The translations under genes and the position numbers were made by a program. From contig NC_135801.1 of NCBI RefSeq assembly GCF_964213995.1, positions 96,038,001 to 96,102,000 of the forward strand: DNA of 64,000 nucleotides, given 5' to 3'. The notes beneath the pieces are model-generated. The model did not search any database, had not been told where the DNA came from, and was given only the letters and a program-made list of their open reading frames with translations. Below are positions 11,307 to 24,931 of this stretch, piece after piece. The stretch is from Mustelus asterias. Its lineage: Eukaryota. How positions within the stretch are numbered: position 1 is the stretch's first letter; each line of letters opens with the position of its first letter.

Positions 11307-14300
11307 GGGGGAAGGAGGGAAGTCCTGAAGCAATGTATGACTGAAAATAAAAATTAGGAACATCACATGAAGTATTTGTACTTGTTCAGTTCAATTCACT
11401 CCTATTATTTTGTGTAATTTGTGGTTCTATTAAGAGGTTATTCACGCATTTTGCAAACCTGTGTAGAGCAAGCTTTTGGCACACTACTTTTGATGTGCAC
11501 TATTTACTGGGTTACAATAGGCCCCTGAGGAACACTTGAAAGCAAAAATAGTTCTCCCACAGAAGCTTGTGTTTCTGCAGATCTTTATTTTTAAATTGGC
11601 AAATCGATAATTAATTTTACTAGGAACCTTCAGATGTGTACCAGATCCACTTGAGGTATGTTTAATTTTGTACAAATGTCTTCTCGTTCTGTGCTCAGAA
11701 TCCAAATTAAATAGTTTGCTTCCACCTTCATTTCCACTTTTTTATTTTATTGACCTGAATCACTTTCTTTTTTTTTCCCTCAGTGGAATCTAATTCAATT
11801 CCGTAAGTCTCTGTAAAGCCTCTTTTATACCAGCACTCTTTTATTTGGGTTTTGGGATCGTTCCCAAAATTTACTCTGGCAAATTGGTTTCTAATTCTGG
11901 AGGCAGACTCGCAGATGTGCCTGTGAATCTCCTGTTGGGTTAGCAGCACACCATGCTGTTCAAACCTCTTATTCTCCACGGCATTTATGTTGTTTGAATT
12001 AAAGCCTTTATTCAACTGGCAATTTATATAATGTACATCAAGCAAAATGAAGCATTTGTGTATAATGTCATTCCATCTAAATTCCATGGTTACTTGATTA
12101 CATGAACACTTTTTGAAACTTTGCTCTTGTTATGTTAGCTTTTGTGCTCTCCCATACAGTCCCCCCATGTCTCATTAAAAATGTTAATTACCTATTGACG
12201 CACTACATTGTTGTTTGAATTTTCCTTCAGGCTTCAAGCGGCATTCATCCTTTAATCTAGTTCATCTTGTATATTTATCTCCAATTTATAGATTCTTGCT
12301 GTGACGTCACTTGGACACCAGGCAAACAGCTGATTAAGCTAAGTGCCTGGTATTGTTAGAGTTCCAATCTAGCCAGGCAATTTCTGGCTTAAGTTGAAAC
12401 AAAATTAAGCATTACAGAAATTATCTAACATGATTTTTTTTTTGCTTGTACATCTCTGCGACACCAATTGTAACTGGCCACTTTTCACATTCATTTGCTA
12501 TTAATGGAGCAGAATGCTATATCTTATTTAGCTGAATAATCTGGGCAGCATTCAAAATAACATTTTCTCTTACCACGTTCCCTTCGTCACTATCCAATTT
12601 TTCAGAAATTTGGAGCTCTTTCAATAGCTTCGAGATTGATTGATTGTAAAATTGTCACACCCGTGCCTGTGCTCTTCGGATTCTTCGACTATTAAGGGAG
12701 ACTGTACAAAGGTTGCAGCTTTTTTATACCCGTGCTCTCGTGTTTTCAAGTCTGCTGTTCTTATTTTGCTCCTCCTCTGATTCTCTAGATCAAAGGAAAA
12801 ATTGAGGTCCAACCAATGGAAGCACATTCGAGGGTTAAACTGTAGAGATGTTTATAAGTGAAACATTTAAATTTAATTGCAATTAAAAATAAGTGCGTGA
12901 AGTAAGAAGCTTCAAAGTGGATATTTTGAAATTGCATGAGGAGCTTTGGCATTTAAATTGCTGGAGCTGGAGCTTTTTGTCAATTATAACTCCCGGATTG
13001 TTTTACTTGGTTCTTTACAACTACATTGCAAAACCAGCAAAATTGTTTGATTTGTGTCTGTGCGCTGCTGCTGCCAGGACAGAATAGGCTTGATGTCTTG
13101 CTGTTGTTGAAGCATAGTAATCGGCGAGCTGGAGAATTCAGATTCCCAGAGTTCTGATGTAGAACAAAACAATGCTATGGCAAATAGAGCATGGTTCAAA
13201 ATTAATTTTTTTGAGTGTTTTAATATAGATGTTATGATCTGAGCCACCTTACTTTCTTTGGTATTTATAGTACCTCATATGGAAGTGATTTGGTGCCCTG
13301 TTACATCGTGTGACAAATCCTGTACTTTTCTATTCTTGTTGCACATAGTGTAATTTGCTGTTTGATTTCCATGGTTTTGTATTAAAGTCCCAGAGGCAAT
13401 GAAGATGTCCACTTCTGAGCAACAACAAGTCTGCTGTTGTTTTTTTAAATAAAGCTATGCTAGGATTATAGGTGCCACTAGGGAGGTCAGCATGTATTGT
13501 TTATCTGGGAGCATCTGTGGAGAGAAACAGTTCATGTTTCATGGCATGACCGTTCGTCATTAATTCCCAGTGAAAAGGTGGTAAGCCACATCCAACCTGC
13601 TGCAATCAATGTGATGAAGTTACTCTCTGCTGTTTTGAAGTCAATGCAATGTAGTGTATTAGGAATTCTGTAAAGCACAACACAGGAAATAACCGGAGAG
13701 AATTGAAGATTATGGAATTAAGGCTAGGGTAGCAAATTGAATTGAAAACTGGTTAGAAGGATAAATGGGAGGTGGCACTTTTTGGTTTAAAGTAATAATT
13801 ATAGTTGTTTACTTGTAATAATTGAATGGAAGAGAACAGGAGAATTTGCTATTCAGGTTTGCAAGACTTTCAACTTTATGGCAAAAGATATGGGCTGGAA
13901 CTTTCCGGTCCTGCCGATGCTGCATTCCTGCCGTGGGTTTTATGGCAGCAAAGGGTGCATTCAACAGGAAGCCCCGTTGACGACGCGGTTTCCACAGTGG
14001 GCTGTGCACTAAATCCCACCCACACAGAATAAAAAAATGAAGATGTACCATTGAATCTATATAACGCTTTAGTAAGACAAGAGTTGGAGTGTTGTGTGCA
14101 CTATAGGAAAGGTGCTGAAACAGGATACAGTGCAGGTTCAATCACATACTACTTGGTATAAGGTGATGAAGTGTGGGGTAGCTTTCATTAGAGATTGCAG
14201 TGTGGTTTGGTAGAAGTAGTTATAAGGAATAGGTGTAAGATTAAATGGTAGAGATTTAGGGCAAAGGGCAATTTTTTTCCCCCCGAAGATTTGGGGGCAA

Positions 14301-15704
14301 TGGAATGTATGGCAGGAGTTGATGATTGAAGCAGCGACTGTTCAAGAAAAGGTTGTATAGCTGGTTCAAGGAAAAATAAATAGATATGGGAATAGGGCAG
14401 GCTCGCTGAGTTAGATCTGCAGTCTATGTGGGGGATTAACACCAACATCAAAGATTGGATCATATGATATGTTCGAAAATCAATTTAACCATTTATGATG
14501 ATCAGAATTCACATTGCACCAATACTGTTTAACCTGTCGATGCATGCTCCCTACTTTTTGCATCATCTTCAATTCGGTGTTATCGTGCCTCTATTATTCT
14601 GCTGCATTGCACAACTAATTTGTTAATGCACTACAAATTTCAAAGGAAGTTTTGTCCCAGCTTGCCGCTTCATTATTTAATAGTACTAGTTAGGCTATGT
14701 CATCTACTCAACACTACCTTGGATCCAGTTGGATCTTTCCATGTGCTTGTCGGATTATATAACATTTGGCTGATTTGTGCCAGTGTTAGCTGTTTGAAAG
14801 TGCTATTCAATTAGTTCTACTCTCCTACTGCCTCCCCGCAGCCCTGCAAGTTTATCCTCTTCAAGTATTTATACAATTCCCTTTTGAAAGTTACTATTGA
14901 AACTGCTTCCAACATCCTTTTCATGCATTTCAAATAATCTATTAAAAAAAATAGATTTCTTCATCTCATCCTGGTTCTTAGTCAATTACTTTATATCTTT
15001 GCCCTCTGGTTTCTGACACCCCTGCAAGTGGAAACTATTTACTCTGTCAAAACCCTTCATGACTTTAAATCTCCCCTTAACCTTCTCTGCTCTGAGAAGA
15101 ACAATCCCGGTTTCTCTAGACTCTCTACATTACTGAAGTTGTTGCTGTTCCTGACTTATTCCTCAGGACTGTACTGGTCCCTTTCTCGCTTTTCTCTCTA
15201 CTTTCTCACAGTTGCGACCAAACAGAGTCATGAGGCTTGAACAGATGGCAATAAAGCAGTGCGCTGATCAAGCTGGTTCTGTATCACGTCACCACCTTGC
15301 TTTGTTATATTACCATCTGCCTCCTCCTCTCAAAACCAGGGAGGAATTCAAACAGCTCAGTTCAGCTGTATATGAATTGAATTAAATTGGGACAGTGGGT
15401 ACAATAATTATTGTTAATTATTTTATGATGCTCCCTCTTCGCCATGCCCAGGAGCAAATTTGAAAATAACTGTCTGTAAGCAACGCCAAAGATATTTGGG
15501 TGTCTTTTATGCAGTGATTTAATTTGCAGGTTGCACCATTTTATTTTTATCACTCCATTGTTTCCAGAAATAAATGCTCTTTATCTGGATCCATTCAACA
15601 CCTATAATTATTATTCTTTTATTCCTATTACATTTGTTATAATGTATTAATGGTGTTGTACAGTTAAAAGGCAAAGCAGTGGGCATAAAATTATAGCTTC
15701 TTTA

Positions 15705-16630
15705 TTCATTTAAGAAATCATTTAAGGGCAAAGCCAGCATTAATTGTCCTTAAGTTGTGGTGGTGTTGGACTACAGCCTTAAACCGCTGCAGCCCATGTG
15801 TAGGTGCACTTAGTGCTGTTAGGGAGGGAGTTCCAGGATTTTGACTGAGACAGTGAAAGAATGGTGATATGTTTCCAAGTCAGGATGGTGAGTGACTTGG
15901 GGTGGAACTTCAGATGAGGTGCTCCCATGTGTCTGCTGCTCTTGTCCTTCTAGGTGGTTGCAGTGTGGGTTTGGAAGATGCTGTCTCAGGAACCTTGGTC
16001 AGTTTCTACAATGCATCTTGCAGATAGGACACACTGCGCATCGGTGCGGGAGGGGTTGACTGTTTGTGAAAGGGGTAGCAATCAAGCGAGCTGCTTTGTC
16101 CTGGATGGTGTCTAACTTCTTGAGTGTTGTTGGAGCTGCACTCATCCAGGTAAGTGGAGAGTATTCCACTACACAAATCCCTGTGTGCCTTGTAGACAGT
16201 GGCCAGGCTTTGGGGAGTCAGGAGGTGAGTTACTCATCGCAATATTCCTAGCCTCTGACCTACTTTTGTAGCCACTGTTGTTATATGGTTGGTCTAGTCA
16301 GTTTCTGGTCAGTGGTAACCCCCAGGATGTTGATAGAAGGGAATTCAGTAGTGGTAATGCCTTTAAATGTCATGGGTGATGGTTAGATTCTCTCTTTGAC
16401 ATGCTCATGCCTGGCACGAATGTTGCCACTTGCCAGCCCAAGCCTGGGTATAATCCAGGTCTTGCTGCATTTAGACATGAGACAGTGGGTACAACAATTG
16501 TTAATTATTTCATGGTGCTCCCTCGAATGGTGCTGAACATTGTGCAATCACCAGCGAACATCCCCACTTCTGACCTTAAAACAGAAGGAAGGTCATTGAT
16601 GAAACAGCTGAAGATGGTTGGGCTTGGACC
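15705..16630 (-). mobile_element. Degraded LINE (L2/CR1 superclade) 3' portion
   Basis: Homologous to 41725-43000 (aacttcttgagtgttgttggagctgcactcatccagg; gcgaacatccccacttctgac). Confidence 0.7.
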
Positions 16631-16771
16631 ATTGTGTTTCAAAGTACTAATGTTTTTAATATTTGTTTCATGTACTGTTTTTAAAAATATAGTTGTTAGT
16701 AAAACTGTCCAAACCTGTTTGAAAATTGCATATGTGCCTGCACACTAATTTACTTTATTAACTTCTCATAG

Positions 16772-16922
16772 TCTGCCTTTGAAGTATTTCAAACATTCTT
16801 GTGTCAAGACAAGGGCGAGTCTGTTATCATGGTGACTGACCCACCTTTCGGCGGCTTAGTGGAGGCTCTTGCCCACAGCTTCAGAAAGATTGTTGATGTG
16901 TGGAAGACTTCACGGACTGGAA
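16772..16922 (+). CDS. ZCCHC4: ZCCHC4 exon with catalytic DPPF motif (SAFEVFQTFLCQDKGESVIMVTDPPFGGLVEALAHSFRKIVDVWKTSRTG)
   Basis: tag acceptor, gtatgg donor, 151 nt, phase 0 to 1. Carries the N6-adenine methyltransferase motif IV, DPPF. Confidence 0.95.
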
Positions 16923-17039
16923 GTATGGAATCTCAGTACAATCACGTGTATGGTGGAGGAATGTTTTTTACTTAGGAATATAGAAACATTAAGAATTTGA
17001 GTGAGCTGAGCTCCAGAAGAGCACTTATTTGATTGGTAC

Positions 17040-18195
17040 GTTAAAGGAGGATATTCAATTTGGTGTCCTTCTCTCCATCTCCATTCCAAATACCTTCCCC
17101 ACCATTAAAGTTAAATTGTCTGGCCTGAGTTGTTCGACTTACCTTGTTTGAACAATTTGTAACATTAGCAGCTCTCCAGTCCTCTAACACCACCCCTGAG
17201 TCTAAGGAAGACTGTGGCCATTGCCTCCACAATTTTCACTCTCACTTCGTGTATTATTATAGGATGCATCCCATCTATTTCTGGCGCTATAACAACCTCA
17301 AATATAGACAGCCTATCCAAGTACCTCCTATATCAATTTCAAGTCCTTTTAGTATTTTAATTACCTCCTCTTCCACCACGACCTGGGTAGCATCTTTAGC
17401 GAGAACAAGTGCAACTTCATCATTTAAGATGACTACAGTGATCACTGTCTCCTAAATGTTTCTCTACTGACACTTGGCCCACCTTATTCCCAAGAAGCAA
17501 CTCGAGCAGTGCTTCCTTTCTCGTTGTTACTGGCAACGTACTTCTGCAGAAAATTCTCCTGGACACACTCTAGGAACTCTTGCCCCTTTACACTATTACT
17601 ATCCTAGTTTATATTTGGATAATTAAAGTTACCCACTATAGCTACACTACAATTTTTGCACCTCTGTAATTTCCTTCCAGATTTGTTCCTCTACATCTTT
17701 CCCACTGGTTGGTAGCCTGTAGGCTACACTCAGCAATGTAATTACACCTTCTATTTTCCTTAGCTTCAGCCAAATAGATTCTGGGACATCCTCTGACTCC
17801 AGCATTGCAATACTCTCCTTAATCAATACCGCTATCCCTCCCCCTTTTCTTCCCTTTCTTTCTTTACTAAGCACCTTGCATGTAGGAATATTTAACACCC
17901 AATCCTGCCATTCTTTGAGCCAAGTCTCTGTTATAACTGCAACATCATATTTCCACATGGCAACCTGTCTGTAACTCACCAATCTTACCACGCGTTGTGC
18001 ATTCACATACATGCGCTGTAACTCTGATTCAGATTTTATTACTTTCTCCCTCACTCTGAATCCACTTAATAATTTACCATTCCCTACTTTAGAGCTACCT
18101 TTCTTTCCCAGTATTCTGTGCACCCTGGCATTCCTCTCTGATATTGCCTCCTGGTTCCCACATCCCTGTCAATTTGCTTTAAACCCTCCCCAATA
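17040..18195 (-). mobile_element. Degraded CR1 LINE, APE endonuclease region
   Basis: YDVAVITETWL, KGGGIAVLIKE and YRLP motifs; WRAANVT. Confidence 0.8.
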
Positions 18196-19438
18196 TCATA
18201 AGGTAGGGTGTGAACCTGATTTGTACGATTTAAGATGCATCAAAAGGTCTCTGAATGCAAATTTTAAAATGTCTTTGGGTACGGAAACTAAATACACAAG
18301 TGGTACCTTTCCATAATGTTCTTATGATGTAGTCCTCAAATATAGTGGCAAAAAATGAATGAGCTAATGGGTATGGGGAAAATTATTGGGTAGGAGAGGA
18401 GAATAACTCTCAATTTATGCTGATCTGAAGGAGTCTCAATCTGGATGTTGGTTCGGATCAGTTAGCTGGTTTGTTGACTGACATTGTTTTTGCATTGATT
18501 TTTGGAAGCTGTGAGCCACCCTGTCAGCCATTTACACTTCTCAGTCTTGCTTCCTCCTTGATGTTGATATAGTTTTTTTTATGGGTCTGAGAGTCTGCCA
18601 CCAGATAACAGGATTTAGCAGCTTAAATGGTGGGTGCAAGCTGCCGAGTACTTACCTTTTGGGATTAGAATAAATTCAACACCAGTTTAAAAGCAGGTAG
18701 TTTTTTTTAATTGAAATTTGAGCGTCACAGAGTCTTGTTTGTGGATCTGTCGTGGAATCCCCTGTAAGTAGTTTAGCACAACCTGAGCTAATCCGAATAC
18801 TTTGATCCCGATGTTAAGATGGCCAAGGCAATGTTACCTGTTTCAAACCCTTACCCAGTTATGGATTTATGTGGATAGATAGTGAAAGAGCTACTAAGTG
18901 GTCTCACACTCTGCTCTCATCCCATAGCCCTGAAGATTTTTCCTTTTCAAGCGGTTATCTTTTGAAGGTCTCAGACGGTATATTCCAGATCACACTGACT
19001 TGGTTAGTTTAAAAAATAAGTTGTCTTCATCTGCTGCCTGGCTTTTAACCGTTCGAAGGACTAATCCTCGTAACATTTTAACCTCTATCAAATTGTCCCT
19101 CAATCTCCTATATTTAAGGAACGCCACCTAAGTCATACCACCAAGACACATGAGGATATTACAATTCAACATCACACTCTGGGCACATTGACTATCAGTA
19201 TACATGGTAGCTGCCATTATTTCTGCTTCCATTTTTGTTTTATTTGATATCTACACCATTAGAAAATGTTTTATGGAAAGGAGCCAACAGGTAGCAAGAC
19301 CAGAGAAGGCTGAGTTAACACTTCTTTCTTTAAAAAAAAAAGAGGGCAGATGTAGGTAAATGGCTATTTCTTATTTTGTGCTTATTCTAAGGAAGTTGGC
19401 ACTTTAATGCCTTCTCATTATGTTTTGTTTTCATTCAG

Positions 19439-19536
19439 TTGATGACGAAGAGTTGCCAATATTTTGGATTTTTCCATACTTTTTTGAACCTCGCATTCTG
19501 CAATGTTTCCCAACTTTAGGCATGCTGGATTACCAG
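19439..19536 (+). CDS. ZCCHC4: ZCCHC4 exon ([32 protein letters not shown])
   Basis: cag acceptor, gtgagc donor, phase 1 to 0. [13 protein letters not shown] is a ZCCHC4 signature. Confidence 0.95.
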
Positions 19537-19702
19537 GTGAGCAGCTTCTCTGTATCTTTGGCGCTCCCACTGTCTGCAAACAGTACGCTTCACTCCAATC
19601 CAATGCAAGCTTCAATTTACATCCGTGACACAAATTGCAAATTGTTAATTACAACTAGTATTTTTGATATGGTTCAAAGAAGCTGAGTCAGAGATTGGTA
19701 AA

Positions 19703-20075
19703 CATTTGATTTATTATTGTCACATGTATTAACATATAGTGAAAAGTATTATGTCTTGCGCGCTATACAGAAAAAGCATAACGTTCACAGAGAAGGAAAC
19801 GAGAGAATGCAGAATGGAGTGTTAGTCATAGCTAGGGTGTAGAGAAAGATCAACTTAATGCGAGGTAGGTCCATTCAAAAGTCTGATGGTAGTAGGGAAG
19901 AAGCTGTTCTTGAGTCGACTGGTATGTGTCCTCAGATTTTTGTGTCTCTTTCCCGACGGAAGAAGGTGGAAGAGAGAATGTTCGGGGTGCGTGGGGTCCT
20001 TGATTGTGCCGACTGCTTTGTCGAGGCAGCGGAAGTGTAGACAGTGTCCATGGATGGGAGGCTGGTTTGAGTGAA
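19703..20075 (-). mobile_element. LINE-like 3' end, unclassified; related copy at 45225-45415 on +
   Basis: Shared block gacaataataaatcaaat / tactttt cact / gatcttt(c)tctacaccctagct in both places. Confidence 0.6.
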
Positions 20076-20721
20076 CATGGGCTGAGCTTTAAATATAGTT
20101 TGTCTTTTAGATGGTAAAACTGATGGACCTCCCTGAACAGGGGAACTTGAAATTCATTTGTGGGACCATTAAACAGCAGGAGCAGAAACTGTCAAACGCT
20201 GCCCTGGTGCAATAGTCTGTTCACTGATTTCACAATAATCAGAGACCCAAATGATATGCAGTGTAGTCTGACACTACTCTGATTGTATCTTGTTTGGGTA
20301 ATTGGACGGAGGACAATAAGCGCCTCTCCCCCTGAATTTCTTTCTCTTTTACTTTAGAACAACCACACAGATTATCCCTTAATCTTTTACATGACGAGTA
20401 GGGAGGGGGCAGTGGGGGTGATGGGGCTTGAGAGGAAGCGCTTCCAGTACAAGCCTGGAAGTTCTGAGCTGTGAGAGAGAACTGTTTGGATGCATGCTTT
20501 GTACATCTCAGCCAGAACTGCACGCAACATTCCAGTTGTGGCCTCACCAGTGTTTGGTGATGTGGACAATTTGCTCTCTCTCAGAACCTAGTTTACGAAG
20601 ATTTTAAAGCAAGTTCTTTGTCTGGGCATTACAACAACAAAGCAAAGTTTAAACTTAACCAAGGCTGCAAGAAGTGCCACAAAATATATTTTCTGAGGAA
20701 TCCGTGTTGTATAAATAAGTG

Positions 20722-20957
20722 TTAAGTTTAAGTTTATTTACGAGTATCACACGTAGGCTTACGTTAACACTGCAATGAAGTTAGTGTGAAATCCCCTAGT
20801 CGCCACACTCTGGTGCCTGTTCAGGTACACTGAGGGAGAATTGAGCATGGCCAATGCACCTAATCGGAGGAAACTGGAGCACCGGAAGAAACGCACGCAA
20901 ACACGGGGAAAACATGCAGACAGTGAAGAATTTGAACCCGGGTCCCTGGCGCTGTAG
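20722..20957 (-). mobile_element. V-SINE variant with internal deletion
   Basis: Tail and partial core. Confidence 0.75.
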
Positions 20958-21079
20958 ATTTGACAGTAGGGTGTATATAATTGGTAACTAGTGCTCACCT
21001 AGAGAGGAAGAGGAACTCTTCAGATCAATTGAAAGAACAGATGGTACCTGAAAATTAATGATCATGATTTTAATTTTAG

Positions 21080-21201
21080 GTGGATTATGATAATCATGCA
21101 TTGTACAAACATGGAAACACTGGTCGAAAACAATCTCCGGTGCGGATATTTACCAATCTTCCTCCTAAAAACATTGTTTTGCCTGCAGAAGAAGGGTACA
21201 G
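21080..21201 (+). CDS. ZCCHC4: ZCCHC4 exon ([40 protein letters not shown])
   Basis: tag acceptor, gtaagt donor, phase 0 to 2. Near-identical to the recalled ZCCHC4 segment. Confidence 0.95.
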
Positions 21202-21519
21202 GTAAGTTCTGGATGCAAAGCATGTCACCTGGTGAAAATGTTTGTGTTTTATTAAAATGCCTTTAACTTGAAATACCCTGAATCAGAGTGACAAACTCAG
21301 TAAAATAGTTCTCATCACAAATGTTTTCACAGTAACACGGGCTGCAACTGAAGTCTTTTAAGTTCCATTCAATATAGCGACTGTCGGGACAGCAGCCTCC
21401 CAGAGAAACGTTCTCATCATGTCCTTGTAGCTCATTTTGGTGGCCTGCTCTGAACTGAAGTAATTAGGAAACAAACCAAGAATCAGAGGGGAGGGCTTAT
21501 TCCTCAAGAAGAAGAGACC

Positions 21520-22085
21520 ACATGCTTCACCCAGCCTGCTCCACCATTCAGTATGATCGTGGCTGATCTTGGGCTTCAACTCCACTTCTCTGCCCACTCT
21601 CCATATCCCTCAATTCCCTGACAGACCAAATACCTGTCTATCTCGGCCTTAATACATTCCACCATGGAGCATCCACAACCCTCTGAGGTAGAGAATTCCA
21701 GAGTTTAAACAACCCTTTGAGAGAAATAATTTCTCCTCATCTCAGTCCTAAATGATCGACCCCTTATCTCAAAACCATGTCCCTGTATTTTGGATTCCCT
21801 GACGAGCAGCAACAATCTCGTCATGTCTTACCGGGTCAAGGTCGTTCAGAATCTCCAGAGAATATTGGCCCAATTTACTCGGTGCCTCATCATGGGACAA
21901 CCACCACCCCTCCCCATCCCAGTGACTAATTTAGTGAACCTTTGCTGTACTGCCTCCAATGCAAGTATATCCTTCCTTAAATATGGAGACCAAACTACAC
22001 ACACCATTCGAGATGTGGTCTCATCAAAGCCCTGTGCAAATGTAGCAAGATTTCTTCATTCCTGTATTCCAATCCCCTCACAGAG
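21520..22085 (-). mobile_element. CR1 LINE 3' fragment
   Basis: RGLEYRNEEILLHLHRALMRPHLEWCV and CR1 3' UTR. Confidence 0.75.
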
Positions 22086-22320
22086 TGCATGCATGTATTA
22101 TCTTTTACAAACTCAAACAGGATATAATTTGGGACTGTCAAGACATTGTATCTACTTCCATCAATGTTCTCTATCTTTATAGGTTGGCTGTTAACTTCAA
22201 TCAAGGAACTCAGTCTTTATAATTTTGCTCGGCTTGGTGAAATAGTTTCACATTTTAGAGCACGAATGTGTATTCTTGACTTTAAATAGCATTTTTACAA
22301 ATTCCAGTCTTTTCCTCCAG

Positions 22321-22396
22321 GTTCTGTTCACTCTGTCAGCGATATGTATCCTCCGCAAACAGACACTGTCAGATATGCAAGGCTTGCACATCTAAA
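22321..22396 (+). CDS. ZCCHC4: ZCCHC4 exon, Cys-rich region ([26 protein letters not shown])
   Basis: ttttcctccag acceptor, gtaagc donor, phase 2 to 0. Confidence 0.95.
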
Positions 22397-22634
22397 GTAA
22401 GCAAATTTTTACTTGTGCCACACTAGTTTGGAGGCAATTTTTGTTTTCCTTATGGTTTAACAGATTACACAATTTTGGTAAATTATCCCAGCAGATGAAG
22501 AATTAAAAGAAGTGTCCAAAATTCTTTAATAGCTCCCTTGGAAACTCTAAATGGTACATGTTACAGGGCTGACCTGCACCAACTTTAGATGCTTCAGTAC
22601 TTTGGAAATGTTTATATTTTTCTCTAGTTTCTCT

Positions 22635-23940
22635 CCAGGCTCATGACCCAATTCCTACACCCTCGACCTACTCCCACTAAACTGACTACCCAGCTCCCCC
22701 TCCTGGCTACCAGGTTAGCAGACATTGTTAACAGCTTCCTCTCTTTGGGTGTTGTCCTCCTCTTATTTAAATCTGCTGTCATCTCCCCCTCCTCAAAAGC
22801 AATCTTCATCCCTCCATCTTGTACCCCACTGCCCCATCTCCAACTTTCCTTTACCAAATTTCGTGAGGGTGTTGGTGTCCAAATCCCTGACCATTATTCC
22901 TGAAATTCCTAGTTTGAGTCACCAGCACGGTACTGAAATATCAAAATCACAAGTAACATCCCATGATAGTGTTACAAAGGTAAATTTCCCCTCCTTGACC
23001 GGTCTCCTGCCTTTGATAAAGCTAGCCACGCAAGCCTCCTCCAATACTTTTCAATTATTGTCCAACTGAAAGGACTGTTCTCACCTGGTTCATTCTTATC
23101 CATCTAATTGTAGCCAGCTAATAACTGTATGGGAAGCATTCCAAGTTATCTCTGTAATTCCCCCCAAGTGTCACTCCTGCTTCATCTACATCCTGTCCCC
23201 TCGGGGATATCATCTGTAAACTCAGCATTACGTTCTACACTGACCATATCCGGCATGTCTGACATCTAGTACTGGATGGCTAGAAACTTCCTTCAATTAA
23301 ATATTGAGAATCCAGCCCTTCTGACCCCCAACTCGGGTCCATAGTGACTGACTCCATCCCTCTCCCTGGTAACTGTCTGAAACTGAACCAAACTGTTCAC
23401 AATCTTGGTGTCATATTTGACCCTAACACGTGCTTCTGACCCGCATATTCTCATCCTCCATAATATTGCCCAAACCTGCCCTGGCCTCTGCTGATCTGGT
23501 GCTGTAAGCTACATTCCAACGCATTCCTGCCTGGCCTCCCATGTTACGCTCTCTGTAAATTTGAGGTTATCCAAAACTCTGCTACCCAGTTCCTAACTAG
23601 CACAAAGTGCCATTCACTCCTGTGCTTGCTAATCTACGTTGGCAGACAGTTAAGCAAAACCTCAGTCTTAAAATTTGTACTTTTGTTCTTAAATTCCCCC
23701 TGGTGCCTCCCTATCTCTCTCATCTCCTCCAATGCCACAACCCTTCGAGATATCTGTGCTCATCTACTTCTGGCCACTTGAGCATTGTTGGTTTTAATTG
23801 CTGCACCATTGTGCCTTCAACTGCCAGGGCCCCAAGTTCTGGAATTCCTTCACTAAACCTCTTTGCATCTTGACCTGCCTTCCTTCATTATAATGCTCCT
23901 TAAAACCTACCTTATTTACCAGGCTTTTGGTCATTTGCCC
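22635..23940 (+). mobile_element. Ancient L2-like LINE remnant
   Basis: Degraded RT-like text (LADIVNSFLSLGVV..FKSAVI; aatcttggtgtcatatttgaccc; L2-type 3' end ctccttaaaacctacc). Confidence 0.6.
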
Positions 23941-24879
23941 AAAACCTTTTGGAATAAAAGTTTCATAGAATCCCTACAGTGCAGAAGGAGGCCATTCGGC
24001 CCATTGAGCCTGCACCGATGACAATCCCACCCAGGCCCTACCCCGTAACCCCATGTATTTGCCCTGCTCATCCCCCTGACACTACGCTAGGGGAGCTTTA
24101 CTTTCAATATTTATTTCTTATGTGGCTTGATAAATTTTGTTTAATAACTGCTGTGAAGAAGCTTGGAACAATCTGTCACCATAAAGGAGCAATATAAATA
24201 AAAGTTGTTGCGCTTGTTGTATATCATGAAGTTATGTTTTTAGCGACAATGGCTGAATTTTATGCAGATACCCCTTAGCTCCTTTGGGGAGCACGTTCAT
24301 TGCCTGGGAAGTAGCTTTCTGTGCTGACTCTAGCCTCTGCTTACTGATGAGTTTCTCTTCACTGTAGAGGGTGCTTCACAATGACCGCACACTCAGGTCA
24401 TGATTTGTGCCTTTGCACTTGCTGCCTTTCATGCACTCCTTTCCCAATTTTGGATATGCTGTTGTCAGTTTGCACCAAAGACAAGAGGAAAGTAGCTCAC
24501 CATGAAAGGGAGAGAAAATTAGAAAATTCACTCAAGACAAGGTTTCATATTTCTCTGCTTCTGTCTTCAAAATGACACAGGAGGTGGTTTGGAATAGTGG
24601 ATAGTCGTTTTGAAGCTTGTATGTGCGACACGGAATCTTCTATGAAAAATTACATCTCAAACAGTGTTGCTAACATGATCTTTAGATGGACAGTATGTGC
24701 AATGAAGAGAGATTGATTACAGAATGGTACATTTGAAGGATCTTCCTCAGTGTTGTCATTTTCTCACCACTTTTAATCTTGTATTTGGGAGCATAAATGA
24801 TGACCCTTAACATAATATGCCAGAATATATTTTTCTGAAGTTTCTGGTTTAGACTAACACTGTTTTATATCCCTGTTAG

Positions 24880-24931
24880 GATGGCAGGCAATGGAAACAC
24901 TGTCAGACCTGCAACAAATGCGTGAAACCAT
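24880..24931 (+). CDS. ZCCHC4: ZCCHC4 exon (DGRQWKHCQTCNKCVKP)
   Basis: tag acceptor, gtgagt donor, phase 0 to 1. Confidence 0.94.
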
